Assembly: GCF_009834535.1 (NCBI RefSeq)
Contig: NC_045696.1
Location: forward strand, 70,000,001 to 70,064,000
DNA: 64,000 nt
Source: Camelus ferus
Lineage: Eukaryota
Direction: 5' to 3'
Numbering within the stretch: the first letter of the stretch is position 1; the number at the start of each line of letters is the position of its first letter. The notes below the pieces were generated by a model, which worked only from the letters and a program-made list of their open reading frames with translations, did no database searches and was not told the DNA's origin. The translations under genes were made by a program, and so were the position numbers. This document shows, one piece after another, positions 1 through 13,270 of the stretch.

Positions 1-66
1 TAGTTTTACTCTTGGACTAATGTTTATGTTTTACATAATTTAAAAACATAAGCAAAAAGCAAATTC

Positions 67-170
67 AGGGGGTCACGGGGTAGGATATAGCTAGTCGTAG
101 AGCACATGATTAGCATGCATGAGGTCCTGAGTTCAATCCCCAGTACCTACAGTTTTAAAAAAATTTTTTA
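67..170 (+). mobile_element. tRNA-derived SINE (camelid Vic-1-like)
   Basis: A-box/B-box head (TATAGCTAGTCGTAGAGC...GAGTTCAATCCCC), A-rich tail, flanking AAAAAGCAAAT duplication. Confidence 0.8.
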
Positions 171-319
171 AAAAAGCAAATCTGTGAACACCAAAAACAA
201 ATAACTGTATCAAGTTGATGGCAATAATCAGAGAAAACAATTACTTGAAGTAATTTAAAAAATCAGTGATTTTCACTGTGAATCTCTGGTGGAATATATA
301 TACGCACACAGACACACAT

Positions 320-732
320 ACACTGCCTATAAGACTCACTTCAGATCTAGACACGAACAGACTGAAAATGAGGGGGATGAAAAAAAGTTATTCCGTGCAA
401 ATGGAAATCAAAAGAAAGCCAGGGTAGCAATACTTGTAACAGATAAAATAGACTTTAAAACAAAGACTTTAACAATAGACAAGAAGAAAACTACATAATG
501 ATCAAGAGATCAGTCCAAGAAGATATAACAATTATATATGCACCCAACAAAGGAGCACATAAATACATAAAGCAAATATTAACAGACATAAAGGGAGAAA
601 CTGACAATAACAAAATAACAGTAGGGGACTTTCTATATGTTCATAGCAGTGCTATTTACAATAGCTAAGACATGGAAGCAACCTAAGTGTCCATCAACAG
701 ATGAATGGATAAAGAAGATATGATATATACAT

Positions 733-769
<37 letters not shown>

Positions 770-1190
770 ATACTACTCAGTCATAAAGAATGAAATTTTG
801 CCATTTGCAACAACATAGATGGACCTGGAGGGTATTATGCTTAGTGAAATAAGTCAGAGAAAGATACTGTATGTTATCACTCATATGTGGAATCTCAAAA
901 ATAAAACAAACAAACGTAACAAAACAGACAGACTCACAGATACAGAGAACAAACTAGTAATTACCAATGGGGAGAGAAAAGGGGAGAAGGGCAAGATACG
1001 AGTAGGGGGTTAAGAGGTACAAACTCCTATTATAAAATAAATAAGCTACAAAGGTAAGTACAGCACAGCAAATACAGCCAAAATCTTATTAACAACTTTA
1101 AATGGAGTATAATCTATAAAATTTTTGAATCACTGTTACATACTTGAAGCTAATATAATATTGTAAATCAACTATTTTAATAAATAAATT
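320..1190 (+). mobile_element. LINE-1 remnant: ORF2 endonuclease fragment fused to the ORF2 C-terminus and 3' UTR
   Basis: ANGNQKKARVAIL...DKIDFKTK (ORF 289..498) and a GDF motif, then MFIAxLFTIAK-like and MDLEGIMLSEISQ (ORF 819..1013) segments, ending in an AATAAA tail. Confidence 0.9.
727..769. repeat. (TACA)n(CA)n microsatellite within L1
   Basis: Read directly. Confidence 0.9.
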
Positions 1191-1239
1191 TTTTAAATTT
1201 CATTTTTTCCTATATGAAGTTCATTTCAGGGTGACCAAA

Positions 1240-2625
1240 TTAGTTGATAAGTTTTTCTTTTATAGACGAATTCAAGGTAATTAACATAGAAAGAATGATA
1301 GAATGAGAAAATCATCATTTTGTACCTCTAACTGAAATAATGGATCATCAATTAAATTTAAAACCAAGAGGAGAAAGATGAATAGGGACTCATAGCCTGA
1401 ACCACAGATCAATCTAAGGACCAGTAAGTGGAACAAGCAGACATTGTGTGTGACAAGATGCAACACAACAGGACCACTAATGAAGTATCCTTGCCTCATA
1501 AATTCAACCTGAATCTGATCAAGCTTCTAGATCAAGCTTATAGTTTACATGAAATACAAGGGACGGAGGAAGTGGTTAAGCACCACCAAGGAGCTATAAG
1601 CTACATCTAAAAGTGTGATTTTCCACAGGAATACCGAGTTTCTCTAATAACTAACAGTACAAGGAGGGAGACTGCTGTTGAATAAAAGAAACTCAAGAGA
1701 TATAACCAAAGGCAATGTGTACATTTTACTGGATCCTGTATTAGTCTCCTGCAACTGCTGTAAGTACCACAAATTTGATGGATTTAAACAGAAATTTATT
1801 CTCTCACAGTTATGGAGCCAGAAGTCCAAAATCAAGACGTCAGCAGGGCCATGTTCGCTCTGAAGGCTCTTCCAGCTTTGGTGGCTCCAGGCCTCCCCAG
1901 GCTTGTGGTAGCATCACTCCAGTCGGTCTCTGCTTCTGTAGTCTCACTGCCTCTTCTTTTTTAAAATTCCAAACACAAGTTTATAAAGTGGAAAGAAACG
2001 AAGCCTCTCTAGCTAACCATTATTAACCCTTGGGTATCTTTTTCCAGATTTTGTTTATACCCAAAAATGGGTATTAAACACTGCCAGGCCCACTTCAACG
2101 CCTCTGCCTCATCTGTCTCAACAATCTGCTTCTTTCTTATAAGGCATATGATTACACTTAGGGCACACCCAGATAATCCAGGATAAATTCCTTTTCTCAA
2201 GATCATTAATCACGTCTTTTGCCATACAAGGTAATATTCACAGATTCCAAGGATTAGGATGTGGGCATGTGGGCATGTTTTGGAGGAGCCATCATTCAGC
2301 CATTATATATCCAGATTAGAAGAATATAATAAAACTTTTTTTAAATAATCAGGGAACCTTGAATATGAACTGAGTATTAGATGGTATGAGCAAATTCTTA
2401 CTAATTTTATTAGGTGTGAAAATGACAGGCTTTTAAAAAAAGATACTTGTTAGGGAGACATTCTTAAGTACTTAGGTAGAAAGACATGTCAGAGTTTTAC
2501 TTTAAAATACTCCAGACCACCCCTCCCATGAAAAAAAAGGTGAATCAAGATTAGCCAATTTTAGTAACAGCTGAAAGGGAGTGATGATTGTGTATATCTT
2601 AAAATTTCGATAATAAAATTTTTTT
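1240..2625 (+). mobile_element. Old L1 (L1MC-like) 3' UTR fragments interrupted by an MLT1 LTR
   Basis: Characteristic L1MC-like 3' UTR text on both sides of 1737-2307 (recognised from memory). Confidence 0.55.
1737..2307 (-). mobile_element. MaLR LTR (MLT1-type)
   Basis: TGTATTAGT...ACAGAAATTTATTCTCTCACAGTT...GGAGCCAGAAGTCCAAAATCAAG; 5-bp TSD GATCC/TATCC. Confidence 0.85.
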
Positions 2626-3774
2626 GTACAGTAGTTGAAAAAAGATTAAATTGTCCACTAAAATGAGACATTAAATCTCTCAGAATGAACTTATCCCAAA
2701 GACCTACACATGAAAAACATTACAGAACTTAAGTCAATAGATACAAATAATCATCCTGTGCCAGAAGTCAAAATACCAATGAGTGATTTTTTTCCAATTT
2801 AAAAAAAAAAAATGTAGCTTTCATTTAGAAATTTTAACTCTAAGAATTTTTCCTAACAGAATAACTGAAACATTGTACAAGATGGTATGTCTAACAATAC
2901 TGATTAAATAAATTATTATAACCATACTCTGGAACACTACACAGCAATTAAAATGTCAATATTTATTGACATGAGATATGTTCAAATAAATTAAGTGGGA
3001 AGGGGTTATATAGCCACATGCATAGTATGATTCCACATTTGTTAATAACAAGAAATAAATACATGCACAAGCATGCACAACACACACACTTATCACACTT
3101 ACACGAAGGGTATATATACCAGAGACCAGGGTATATACCAACATGTTAATGTTAAGAGTTATTAACTCTGGGTGGTGGGTTTGCAGAACTCTTTATTCTT
3201 TACCTTTTATCAGCATTTTATTTTTCTACTATGAACACCTATTGATACAATTAAAGAAAAATGTAAGTGGCACCATGGACTTATGATCACCCTAAGCCCT
3301 TAAGGAGGCAGTCTGTGTATCTGCTAAGGGTAAGGAGGGGCAGTGGAACTCCATGTTGTTTCCCCTGGGACTTCCCAAACTGTATTCATAAAACAGTTCC
3401 CCAGACGTTACACAGAAAGGGGCTCAATGTCCAAGTTTTCAGACACGCTAGGTTAAGACATTAATTTATTATGTTTACCATGCATTCCCAGGAGGAAAGG
3501 ACATGGTGCACACATCCACTGGGCCATAGAACCCTTTGTTTTACATCCTACATAAAACAGGGCTTCTACTGAACGTATTTTACAAAATGCCAATGTAAAG
3601 ACCTGAAGAACAAGGGTTACTTACAACACGTTTCCACCGACGATCTGAAAACTTCTGGCCTGTTTTCCTCGGTTTAGATTGATTCACCTCAAAACCACCC
3701 CACATTTATCATATTTTTGTGGCCTCAAGCTATGTAGTTTTAAACATAATTTGCATCTTGCTGTCAGTTCATTT

Positions 3775-4016
3775 AAAGCATTGTTTTTCAAACTGTGGAT
3801 TTCTACCCATTTAGTGGGCTGAGAAATCAATGTGGTGGTCACAACCCACTTAAAAAAAAAAAAGTAAAGAAAAATATCAGTGTAGTAAGGATAAATATTT
3901 TTGTAAAACTTCTGTGTCCATATATGATCACATAATATATATGCATGTGTATACTGGTCACAACATAAAATACATTTATTACTATGAGTTGTAATTTAAA
4001 ACACTGAAAGCCACTG
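3775..4016. mobile_element. Ancient hAT-Charlie-type MITE
   Basis: Imperfect termini CATTGTTTTTCAAACT ... ACTGAAAGCCACTG; family not assigned. Confidence 0.45.
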
Positions 4017-5679
4017 AATTAAAGAGTTGAGTTTAGTGGTAAATAGATAAACTCAACACCTATTTCAAACACTGAAACCCTTATATATATTAGGTAAATT
4101 AAAAAAAAAAAAAAATCAAAGCAATACAGCCACTTAGATCCCTAACTTCCAGACAAGTACAGTACCAAAAGTTTGTTTGACTATTGGGTACTTAAAGCTT
4201 TTCTCAAAGAAACTATCATAAAGAGATTAGGTTCCCAATTAGTTCATAAAAGCCAGTTTAAATAGTGTAGCTTAACTATAGCACTAAGGTTATTCCAAAC
4301 TTAAATTTCTCTACCATATTTATTTATTTGTGTCTGAGATTCAGTGTATCTCCAAGACCACATTCTCCCCGCACCCACACCTTGGTCCCAGCACCAAGCA
4401 ACTCCTCACAGTGCAGGCAAACATTCACCATATGACACCGAGTTCCCTGAGTGTGCTTAGGATTTGAGAGGAGGAAAAGATCAGATCTAACAGCCGTAGG
4501 TAACTGAGGTAGAATGTGGGGCTCCGGAACATCTTCCATGTTCCCCGACTGTTTCCCTCCTACCCTCATCCTGGCTTAAAGGTCAAAGATGAAGACTTGC
4601 TCACCAACAGCTGTGGTTTGGTTTTTCCTTCTTTATCAATTTTTAGGAGACGCTGTCTACTGAAAAAGAACAATGGTTCATTCCATCTTTTTTCAGACCC
4701 CCAAGCTAAAATGTATCTATAGATCTCTCTCTCTCACACGCTGGCTTTAATGTTGATAATCTACTACTGAAAAAATCAACAGTTGTTTTTATCACCTGAC
4801 TGCTTTTCTCATAAACTGTCTAGATACTAAAATTCTATCACCAACAAGCTTCTCTGCACCAAGAGAGACACATCAGTACCTAGAGAAGCACGGCCTGTGG
4901 TATCTCCTATTCAATTTAGGAATTCAAGGTCAAGTATTCAGAATGCCATTCTCCACCTTAACTCTCTGTTCTCATCAACTTCATTATGTCCTGGGAGATT
5001 AAGAGCTATCCTAAAGAGCCACGTTAACGGAAAGCTCAGTGAACACTGTAAGCCCTTTCAAATGCTTGTAATACAAATTACACTGCCCCCCAGTATCACT
5101 CATTTGAGCAGAATACAAACTGCCATTCCTAACAGGATTTACCCCACATGGAACAAATCTTAACCAAGGTGCTAAATTCTCAGCTGAAACCTACTAGTGC
5201 CAAGTGGAAGCCAGGTATTCAGCATACTGCTGACCCAGTAAATCTCTGGCCTTTTCTGGCTGTTCCAGCTGCCTGATCCAATACTCACTGGCACAGATCC
5301 AGCAGCCTCAGGAAATAAACGGAGGCTGCAGGAAGGCTTCTCTGTACAGCCTAAGCTTGAGGGAGACTCAGCCCAACTGGCTCACACTCTTTAATCATCA
5401 CTTAAGCACACTTAAGACCTCTGGTTTGACCATCAAGTAGGCACAGCAGTTTCAATCCACATCATAGATCCCAGGTCCTGTATGAAAACTTTGACACATC
5501 TCAGGGAAAACTGGCTGGAGAGCAGCAGCCTGGGCCCTCCAGGTGGCAGGCATGTTGGTTCATAGCTAACATATGCCCAATTTTTCTGGTTTTACCTCTT
5601 GCTTTTGTGAACCAGGACAAGTGTGGGAGGTTTAAGTAGCGAAAGGGTTAGAAATCATTTCAGCAAATACTTTTCAGGT

Positions 5680-6936
5680 TCTGCCAGACAACCTTTTATT
5701 ACATTGGAAAAGCAACACTAGGCACTAGATCTTGCAAAATATGTTCTGACCAACTCTAAACTTTCTGAAGTTAATTAAATATGTGTAATCACTGTAAGGT
5801 TTTTAATGAACAAAACAGTTAAATACAAACTTTCATATGCAAAATAGATTACTGTATAACTGGCAACCTCAGAGCCAAGTACTAAATCTTCCACGGATTT
5901 CAGTAGGGGTGGGATAGGGAGATGTGAATCCTAATGAGTACAGAACTTAATTTCGGCTTCATTAATATAGAAAAAAAAAAAAAAAGAAAACTCTGAGGAA
6001 AAATAGCTTTAAATTGAATAGTATCTTTTGAAATGAACAACTCAGGCCAGCCCTTATCTGAGATTTATACTCAACCAGATCTGGGATGAGAATGAAGATT
6101 TAGGGTTTACAGGTACTTCAAATCCAGTTTCAAGAATAGCCAAGTCACCTCATTTCCAGAGAGGGAAGTCTCTTTAGGACGACTACGACACTCTTCTGAA
6201 GACACTTGGATAGCCAGAGTTCCTTGGCCACAGTTCCACTTTTCCACAACACCATGCCAGTGCTGCAGTGTGGGACTTCCTCTGAAAGGCAACCGGAGCC
6301 TACCCCACAGTGCTTCTCCTGGCACGTTCAAGCCTCAGAAGAAAGACTTCCAGCTTCAAGTTGGCAGTTACTGCTCTGGCGTTAGAGCAGTTAATTAACC
6401 CTTCCTTCCTACCCCCACTGATTTCCTCCTGAACTTCAGCAGGGAGTGGCAGCTTGATTAACATTCCTTTCAGAAATAAATAGTTCAAACAAGTAATTTA
6501 GAGTTAACTTTAAAAGAGCAGCAGAAAAGAGCCACTGCCCATTATGTTTGCAAATGAGTGAGCGAATGAAGACACGTGAACAAACACACAGAAAAAAAAA
6601 ACCCATAGAATAAATGCTGCATTTCCCACATTCACAGGGGAAAAAAAAAAAAAAATCTTCTAAAAAAAAAATATTAATTAGCTGTTTGTTCTTGTGTGGG
6701 TTGAATAGTCCAGGGCTCTGAGCAGGCACGGCCTTATAAACAGGGTTGCAAGCAGCCCTCTGCACACCAAGTCAGGACTAGGGTGCAGAGAGAGGCCTCA
6801 TGCACTTCTGACAGCTCAGTACCTGTGAGAGAACAGAGGTGATACAGGGACTTTTTAACCCACAATGCATGAGGTATATGGAAACGTCCATCCGTGAAAG
6901 AATCACCAGCAGCTGGAGGGACTGGGTAGGGCATTC
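5680..6936 (-). other. SENP2: SENP2 3' UTR (to the proximal poly(A) signal; may extend further)
   Basis: Repeat-poor sequence after the stop codon with U-rich tracts, ending near AATAAA at 5695-5700. Confidence 0.6.
5695..5700 (-). terminator. Candidate SENP2 polyadenylation signal AATAAA
   Basis: Minus strand reads CAATGTAATAAAAGG, i.e. UGUA overlapping the start of AAUAAA, about 1.24 kb after the stop. Confidence 0.6.
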
Positions 6937-6999
6937 TCACAGCAATTGCTGATGAATGATTTCCCACACCATCTTCTTCCGGAAGAGAGGCATCTGGTG
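6937..6999 (-). CDS. SENP2: SENP2 exon 17 coding part (HQMPLFRKKMVWEIIHQQLL-stop), 63 nt
   Basis: TTTGCAG acceptor; TGA at 6937-6939; the 17 exons sum to 1770 nt = 589 aa + stop. Confidence 0.97.
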   Translation of the reverse strand, partial: HQMPLFRKKMVWEIIHQQLL

Positions 7000-7596
7000 C
7001 TGCAAAGAATCCATAAGTAACACATACATTACACATGAAAGTGCCCAGTATCAACAACCTTTAGGTGTAGCATGTAAATAAAATAGGATGTCAATGTACT
7101 TTTTGTAAGCTTTGACTTGTCTATCTCATGATACAGACTTATAAAGCCATTAAAAAGGAGGTTTATAATGTGTATTATTATATGTATCATAAGCATATAT
7201 TACATGGGAAATCAAAGCAGGATGTAGAATTATACAACAGAGTCCACCAACAACTTCATAAAAAAAAAGGGGAACCAAAAAGGAAAATAGCTAAGTGGTA
7301 GCACAATAGGTAACTTTTCTACTTATCTGTATTTTCAAAACATTTTTTTTTGTATTTTTCAAAACACTCTGAAATAAATATATTCTGCTTTATGGAAAAA
7401 ACACAAACTCTACTTAAATTTTTTTAATCTACAAATTTCTTTTTCTGCTCTACCAAATGTTGTCCATTGCCAATTCTGTTCAAAGAGCAACTTCTCACCT
7501 TCAAATCTCATATCTTAGGTTCAAAGAACAAATAACTCCCTGTTATTTAGAAGCATCAAAGAATGAGATGCTTTGCTTAATATATTATTCTGCTTT

Positions 7597-7743
7597 GGGG
7601 GGGATATAGCTCAACTGGTAAACAAATGCTTAGCATGCCTGAGGTCCTGGGTTCAATCCCCACTACTTCCTCCAAGAATAAATAAATACTAAATAAACCT
7701 AACTGCCTCCCCCCATCAAAAATAAATAATTTTAAAATATATA
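7597..7743 (+). mobile_element. tRNA-derived SINE (Vic-1-like)
   Basis: GGGGATATAGCTCAACTGGTA...GGGTTCAATCCCC head, CCTAACTGCCTCCCC tail, TSD TATATTATT(CT/TC)GCTTT. Confidence 0.85.
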
Positions 7744-8684
7744 TATATTATTTCGCTTTAACTGATAGTCACTACATGGGCCAATTTTCAAAGCAACAAC
7801 ATGCAAGACAAATTCAAAATCATCTGTAACTCTTTTGATGAAATCAGAAGTCCATACCTTGAGGTACTCCTGGTATTTCTTTATAAATAGCTGGATATAC
7901 CATTTTACTATAAACTAGTGATTTCCTATGTAGAGGGACCTAAAAAGTCTTAATGCATGCATTTATAAATTATTTTAAATAGCTCAAACCATGCAGTAAA
8001 AAAACTGCACATTTATTCTTAGTAAAACTGCTGAAGCTAACCACCTGTATTAATTCAGCATGGGAGACCTAGTTAGTTCATACTGCCCAAAAGCCTGGAA
8101 TGTGGTTATTATCAGTCCTACTATTCAATACGTATAATTTAGTAGACAACATCTATCAAAATGAGGTCTGTTTTAGCAAACTATTTTTTTAAAAGAGGTT
8201 GTCCTTGGTTGTAAAAAGGCTGAGAATTCACTATTGCAAACATAAATTCCCAGGAGTTCCCAACATATTTGAATTTCCACTCAAATGCAGACCTATGGAG
8301 AACCAAAACTAATCAGAACAGAAGGGAAAGGTAGCACTCATAGTTACATCTTAAATCTGCAGCTTAAGTTCTCACAAGGCCTGATTTCCCCATGCTGTTA
8401 CATATTCCGACGTGCCTACTTCTTTGGCTAAAAATATCAGTACTACTGAAGAACCAGTGAACACTGAAGTTCAGAGATAACACAAATTGACCCACTGGTC
8501 ACCAAAGACTAGGATAAACCTGAGAACAGATACAGTGACAAACCCTGATGCTAGGAAGAGTAAGGATTCAGCCAAGGTTTACAGCAATAATAACATTTAG
8601 AGCTTAATGTGTGCCAGGCACTGGTAACATGCTCTGAGTTTATCTTGTTTAGTAGTAAGTGGATGAGGAAGGGTCTTCACTCAC

Positions 8685-8780
8685 CTGAGTAAATGTGATA
8701 GGTTTGTCCCTAGCGATATAATCTGCATATTTACAAGTAAACATTCCACAATCACTCCCATTCAACTGTTGAGGAATCTC
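8685..8780 (-). CDS. SENP2: SENP2 exon 16 ([32 protein letters not shown]), 96 nt; oxyanion Gln542 and catalytic Cys548
   Basis: PQQxNGSDCG motif of Ulp1/SENP proteases; TTTTAG acceptor, CAG|GTGAGT donor. Confidence 0.97.
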
Positions 8781-10290
8781 CTAAAATTACCAAAAAAGGG
8801 GAGGAAGGGGTAAAATTTCATCAGGCACAAACACAGAGACACACACACAAACAACTCATCTTTATGTGGTATAAAAACCCCACCCATGACATGGAGGATG
8901 TAACCCCCATAGAAAATGGTTTTTAGAAGTTAAGAGAAAAGTAAAGTGAGAGTCCCATCTCTCAGCTCGCATACAAAGAAACCAGACTGAAAGAAGGCTT
9001 ATCGCCAGGAACAGGAACTCCAGTCAGAATTGTTTCAGAGGCATTTATAAATTTTGAAAGTGGCTCAATCAGAAATACGTTTACAATACAACTAACCTAT
9101 TTTAACACTGCAGAGTTTGACTTCTCTTCCCTGGCCAGAAAAATAAGACCACTGCTTTGGACCCCCACAGCTGCAAGCAAGAGAAAGAAAAAAAGCCTCT
9201 TGATAGGGCTTAACCAATTAGGAAATCCTGCCTTAACTGCTCAATTCTGCCCTGAGAGAAAAACAGAGCTTACTGCTTGCAAGCAGCGCTAAGGGCATCA
9301 TAAACCAAAGGTGGTGGATTCTAAGCCCCCGTGGAGTAAACTCACACATTCCTCAGGCCTGTGTTGCACTAATCTTGGCTAGCCCCATACACACTTGGTG
9401 TCAGTGTGCTGTAAGCAGCACAAGAGTACAAGGTAAGCATTAGCGTAAGGAGAGTAAGAGTCTGATCCCATGGCTGGAAAACATACTAGACGACAACAAC
9501 TCAACTTTTATTAAAATGTACAGCACCCATACACATGGTAGCTATCCTACACTGTTCTCCTGAGCCCAGCATCTCTCACAGAGTGGAGAAAACTTGAGAA
9601 TTTGTTTTCTTTATTACATTCCCCATTCCAGAAAGCAGTATTCATCCCAAAAACTCTTCCTGTATCTGTGCTCTCCTCAGGAAATTTCACAGCTTATTCT
9701 TCTCATTAGTCAACTTAGAAATGAAAAGGCTTTCAGATAAAGATAGTTGAGCCATTATACAGAGGTTAGGACTAAAACTGAATTCATGTAGTTTACTTTA
9801 CAAACAAGCCATTAGGACTGAAAGATGTATACTTTTTAAAACCCTGAATAAGATTCAAATCTGACAAGATCCAAAGCACACTCACAAACAGCATATTTGA
9901 TTCTTGATGACCCATGGCATAGGATCCTTAATACTTAAATATATAAATTTCCCAGATAAGTTTTGAACTACAACTTTAAATTTTCATTAGTGCCAATCAA
10001 GAAAAGTAGCTGACTTGAATTTACTGTGCTGGTTTTTTCCTCGTATTTTGGAGACACGCTAGCACATATTTAATATTTACAATCTAAGCAACAAGATAAA
10101 GGCTAAAAAGCAAACATCTTGGTTAAATGAATTTCTAAAGATTTAGAAGTAGATCATTCTTAAGATACACACTTCAAGAGAACGCATGCCTACAGATTAG
10201 CGAGTGAGGGTAGGAAGGAAGCCAGGTCTAAACATGCTATTGACAGGAAATGCAACCAAGGTATTTGAAATATAGATGACCAGCACTTAC

Positions 10291-10375
10291 ATGTGGCTTC
10301 ATGCTGTAGTGGGTCCACTCTAAAAGATTCAGATCAATATTTCTTTTGGTCTTACTCTCATCCTGTAAATACTGA
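10291..10375 (-). CDS. SENP2: SENP2 exon 15 (LQYLQDESKTKRNIDLNLLEWTHYSMKPH), 85 nt
   Basis: TTTTTTCAG acceptor, CAT|GTAAGT donor; frame continuous. Confidence 0.96.
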
Positions 10376-10568
10376 CTGAAAAAACAACAAAGAAGGAATA
10401 TATTGATGAATCTCTTTGGAGATTTACCATTGACTTATCATATGATTACAAAGGCATTGTGATGATTAACAGAGCTCCCATTCTCAAATCCATCTCCACT
10501 AGATTTTTAAAACTGTGATTGTTTTTGGTTTTTTACACTTTTTTTTTCTTAATTACAAAAATTACACT

Positions 10569-10721
10569 GGGGGGAGGAGACAGCTTAGTGGTAGTCCTAG
10601 GTGGTAGTGCTTAGCATGCACAAGGTCCTGGGTTCAATCCCAGTACCTCCACTTCATAAATAACTAAGTAAGTAAGTAAACAAACAAACAAACAAACAAA
10701 TAAAAACCTAATTACACCCCC
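10569..10721 (+). mobile_element. tRNA-derived SINE (Vic-1-like)
   Basis: GGTCCTGGGTTCAATCCC B-box, (TAAG)/(CAAA) tract, CCTAATTAC tail, TSD AAATTACAC. Confidence 0.85.
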
Positions 10722-12318
10722 AAATTACACGATTATCCTTTAAAAATTGAAACATATAAAATGTCAAATGCAAAAGACCACAAAATAGCCACTCTAGAAA
10801 TAGTTATCATTAATAGTTTGCTGTGTTTTCTTCTAGTTCTCGACTCTACCTCATACACACAATTTAAAAACATACATTTTATTCTATTAAAAAAAAAGTA
10901 CTTCATCTTACAACTTACTTTTTCTCATTTAAAAACATATAAAATAAGGCAACTGGCCTGGACTCTTAAAAAACCCCATTACCATGAAAAAAAAAAAAAA
11001 AAAAACGTGGGATAACTTTCTTAAATTAAAGGAGATTAAAGAGACATAAGAATGTGCATGAACCCTGACTGACTCCCTGGATTAGGGAAAAAAATCTAAA
11101 GACATCAGAACATGAACTGTATATTACACATTAGTGTTTGCCAATTGATAAATGGCATTGTAGTTATTTAAGAGAATGTCCTTATTCCTTAGGAGATGTA
11201 TACTTAGGTATTGAGAGTGACTGACTTTATCCAAATCTCCAAAGGGTTTTCAAATTTAACACAAGCATCTTGGTTCTCATCTCAACCCACATAAAAGGTA
11301 AACATGCATTCTCTACAAAAGCAGCAATGTCGTCCCCAAGGTAGTGAAAGCTGGTTCTTGGAAAGTAAAAATCTTAGACATTTCAATGATTTGTAGCCCT
11401 CTAAAGCTCAACCCAACAAACAAAAAGTCTATTCCTTAGTGTTAATTTCTCTTGTTGTAGAGAAATTAAGTCAAAAAATTTGGGGAGGGGGAGTGATAAT
11501 GGAAAAAAAACTGAGAAAAGCTGGTTTGGGGCATCAGGAAAGGGACTAGGCCTCAGACAACCTCGGAAGCTGAACTCTTCAGATTAAAAAAGAGAGAAAA
11601 AGTATGAATGTAATAAAAGTATGGTTTTTTTGGTATCCTGTTATAAGCAGCATACAAAACTATGCTGTATGATTTCAATGAGAACATTTCTAGGCATGTG
11701 ATAATACATATATATGTGTATGCACACATGTATATATTTGTACACAGTTTACAAACATCTTAAACAGAAAAGACTAGAAGGAAATAACTGCTTTATAAAC
11801 AATTTGATGTATCTTAAGATTTAAAAATGTCTTCTCTATACTTTTTATTCAAGATAAGCACCCATAAATAAAAAGGATCTTAAAAACAATGAAACAGAAT
11901 CATTTTTAACAACTTTTCTTCATATCATTCATTAAAGAAGTTCCTTATTAAAGTATCCAAGTATTATTAAAATTATTCAAGTATCCTTACTAAAATAAAA
12001 AACTGGAATCTGCATTTGCTTCCAGTGAGCAGAAGAGGTTCAAAACAGCCTGTCACGGATTTGCTTCCTCGCTGTGAAATTCCTATCATCACTGTACATA
12101 GCTAATAGGTGGCTATGCTTTAAAGGCAGGCTTCTAGCAATTACTATTTGAAACAGTTGCCTACAACCCTATGTTTTAAATTAAAAATTACCTCCAGGTT
12201 CTATGAGATGAATCCAACTATCACAGAAAGCAGAGACATGAGTGAGTGAGCTTAAGAACTTAGAGGAATAATTCTCCCCAGCTAATAGTTCTTTACAACA
12301 TTCAGAATAATGTATCAA

Positions 12319-12374
12319 ATTTGACACAACATTGTAAAATGATTATAAATCTATAAAAAATGTTAAAAAAAAAA
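12319..12374 (+). mobile_element. Very short 5'-truncated L1 3' end
   Basis: GACACAACATTGTAAA motif plus poly(A), between 15-bp TSD AGAATAA(T/C)GTATCAA at 12304-12318 and 12375-12389. Confidence 0.8.
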
Positions 12375-12676
12375 AGAATAACGTATCAATCCCAGAGAAA
12401 ATTCAAATCACAAAATTCTAATAAGATGTATTTTACATTATGACATATGACAAACTTGTTTTCAGTAATGCACCTGAACATGACTTCTCAGTTAAGATCA
12501 GATTTGGGGTTATCTTTAGACACAAAGACAGATTCTAGTCAAGTTCCAAACAACTGGGAAGACAGCCCCCACTACACATTAGATTACCATCTGCCAGAGC
12601 CTCCTAGGATTAGATGGAAGAAAGATCACCCAACAAGGGCCTACTGCGACAGTGACGTTTTCCAGCCTTTACTTAC

Positions 12677-12756
12677 AGAAGAATTTCACAGATCCTGTGG
12701 CCCTTTTGTCCCATAGAATCCAGATATTTAAGACACTTTTTTCTTAGGTCTATCAC
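12677..12756 (-). CDS. SENP2: SENP2 exon 14 (VIDLRKKCLKYLDSMGQKGHRICEIL), 80 nt; catalytic Asp495
   Basis: YLDS motif; TATAG acceptor, CT|GTAAGT donor. Confidence 0.96.
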
Positions 12757-13270
12757 CTATAATGGAAAAATGCAACATCCAGAAACAACCATAACAGGAG
12801 TGAAAATTTTATTTCTAAAAAGAAAAGCACCTTTTAAAAAATCAATCAACATGAATGGATTTCTAAGACATTTTTTAATAAGACATCACAGATAATTATG
12901 AGCTCCATCTCTATAAAATTATATATTTCTACTCCTAGAGAAAGGCCTAGAAACATTCCTCAAAACATTAGTGGTCCTCTCAGAGTGATAAGGGTTTTTT
13001 TTTGGTTTTGGGGGGTTTTTTTTGGTTTTTGCTTTGTACCTTTACTTTTCTACAGTAAACCTGCTACCATCTTGTAAGTAAAAGTAATAAAATAACCCAC
13101 ATGTATTAAGACTCTTTCCTATGAAAAGTGAAAGTTCCTCAGCTACACAGACTGTCTTCCAGCTTTCTAGGTTGTTCAACTTAAGAACTAAGAAGGGACT
13201 TAGCATGCAGAGCAGGCCTTTAACATATACCACCGGACTCTTGCTGGACAGAAAAGGGTAGCCTTCACTA

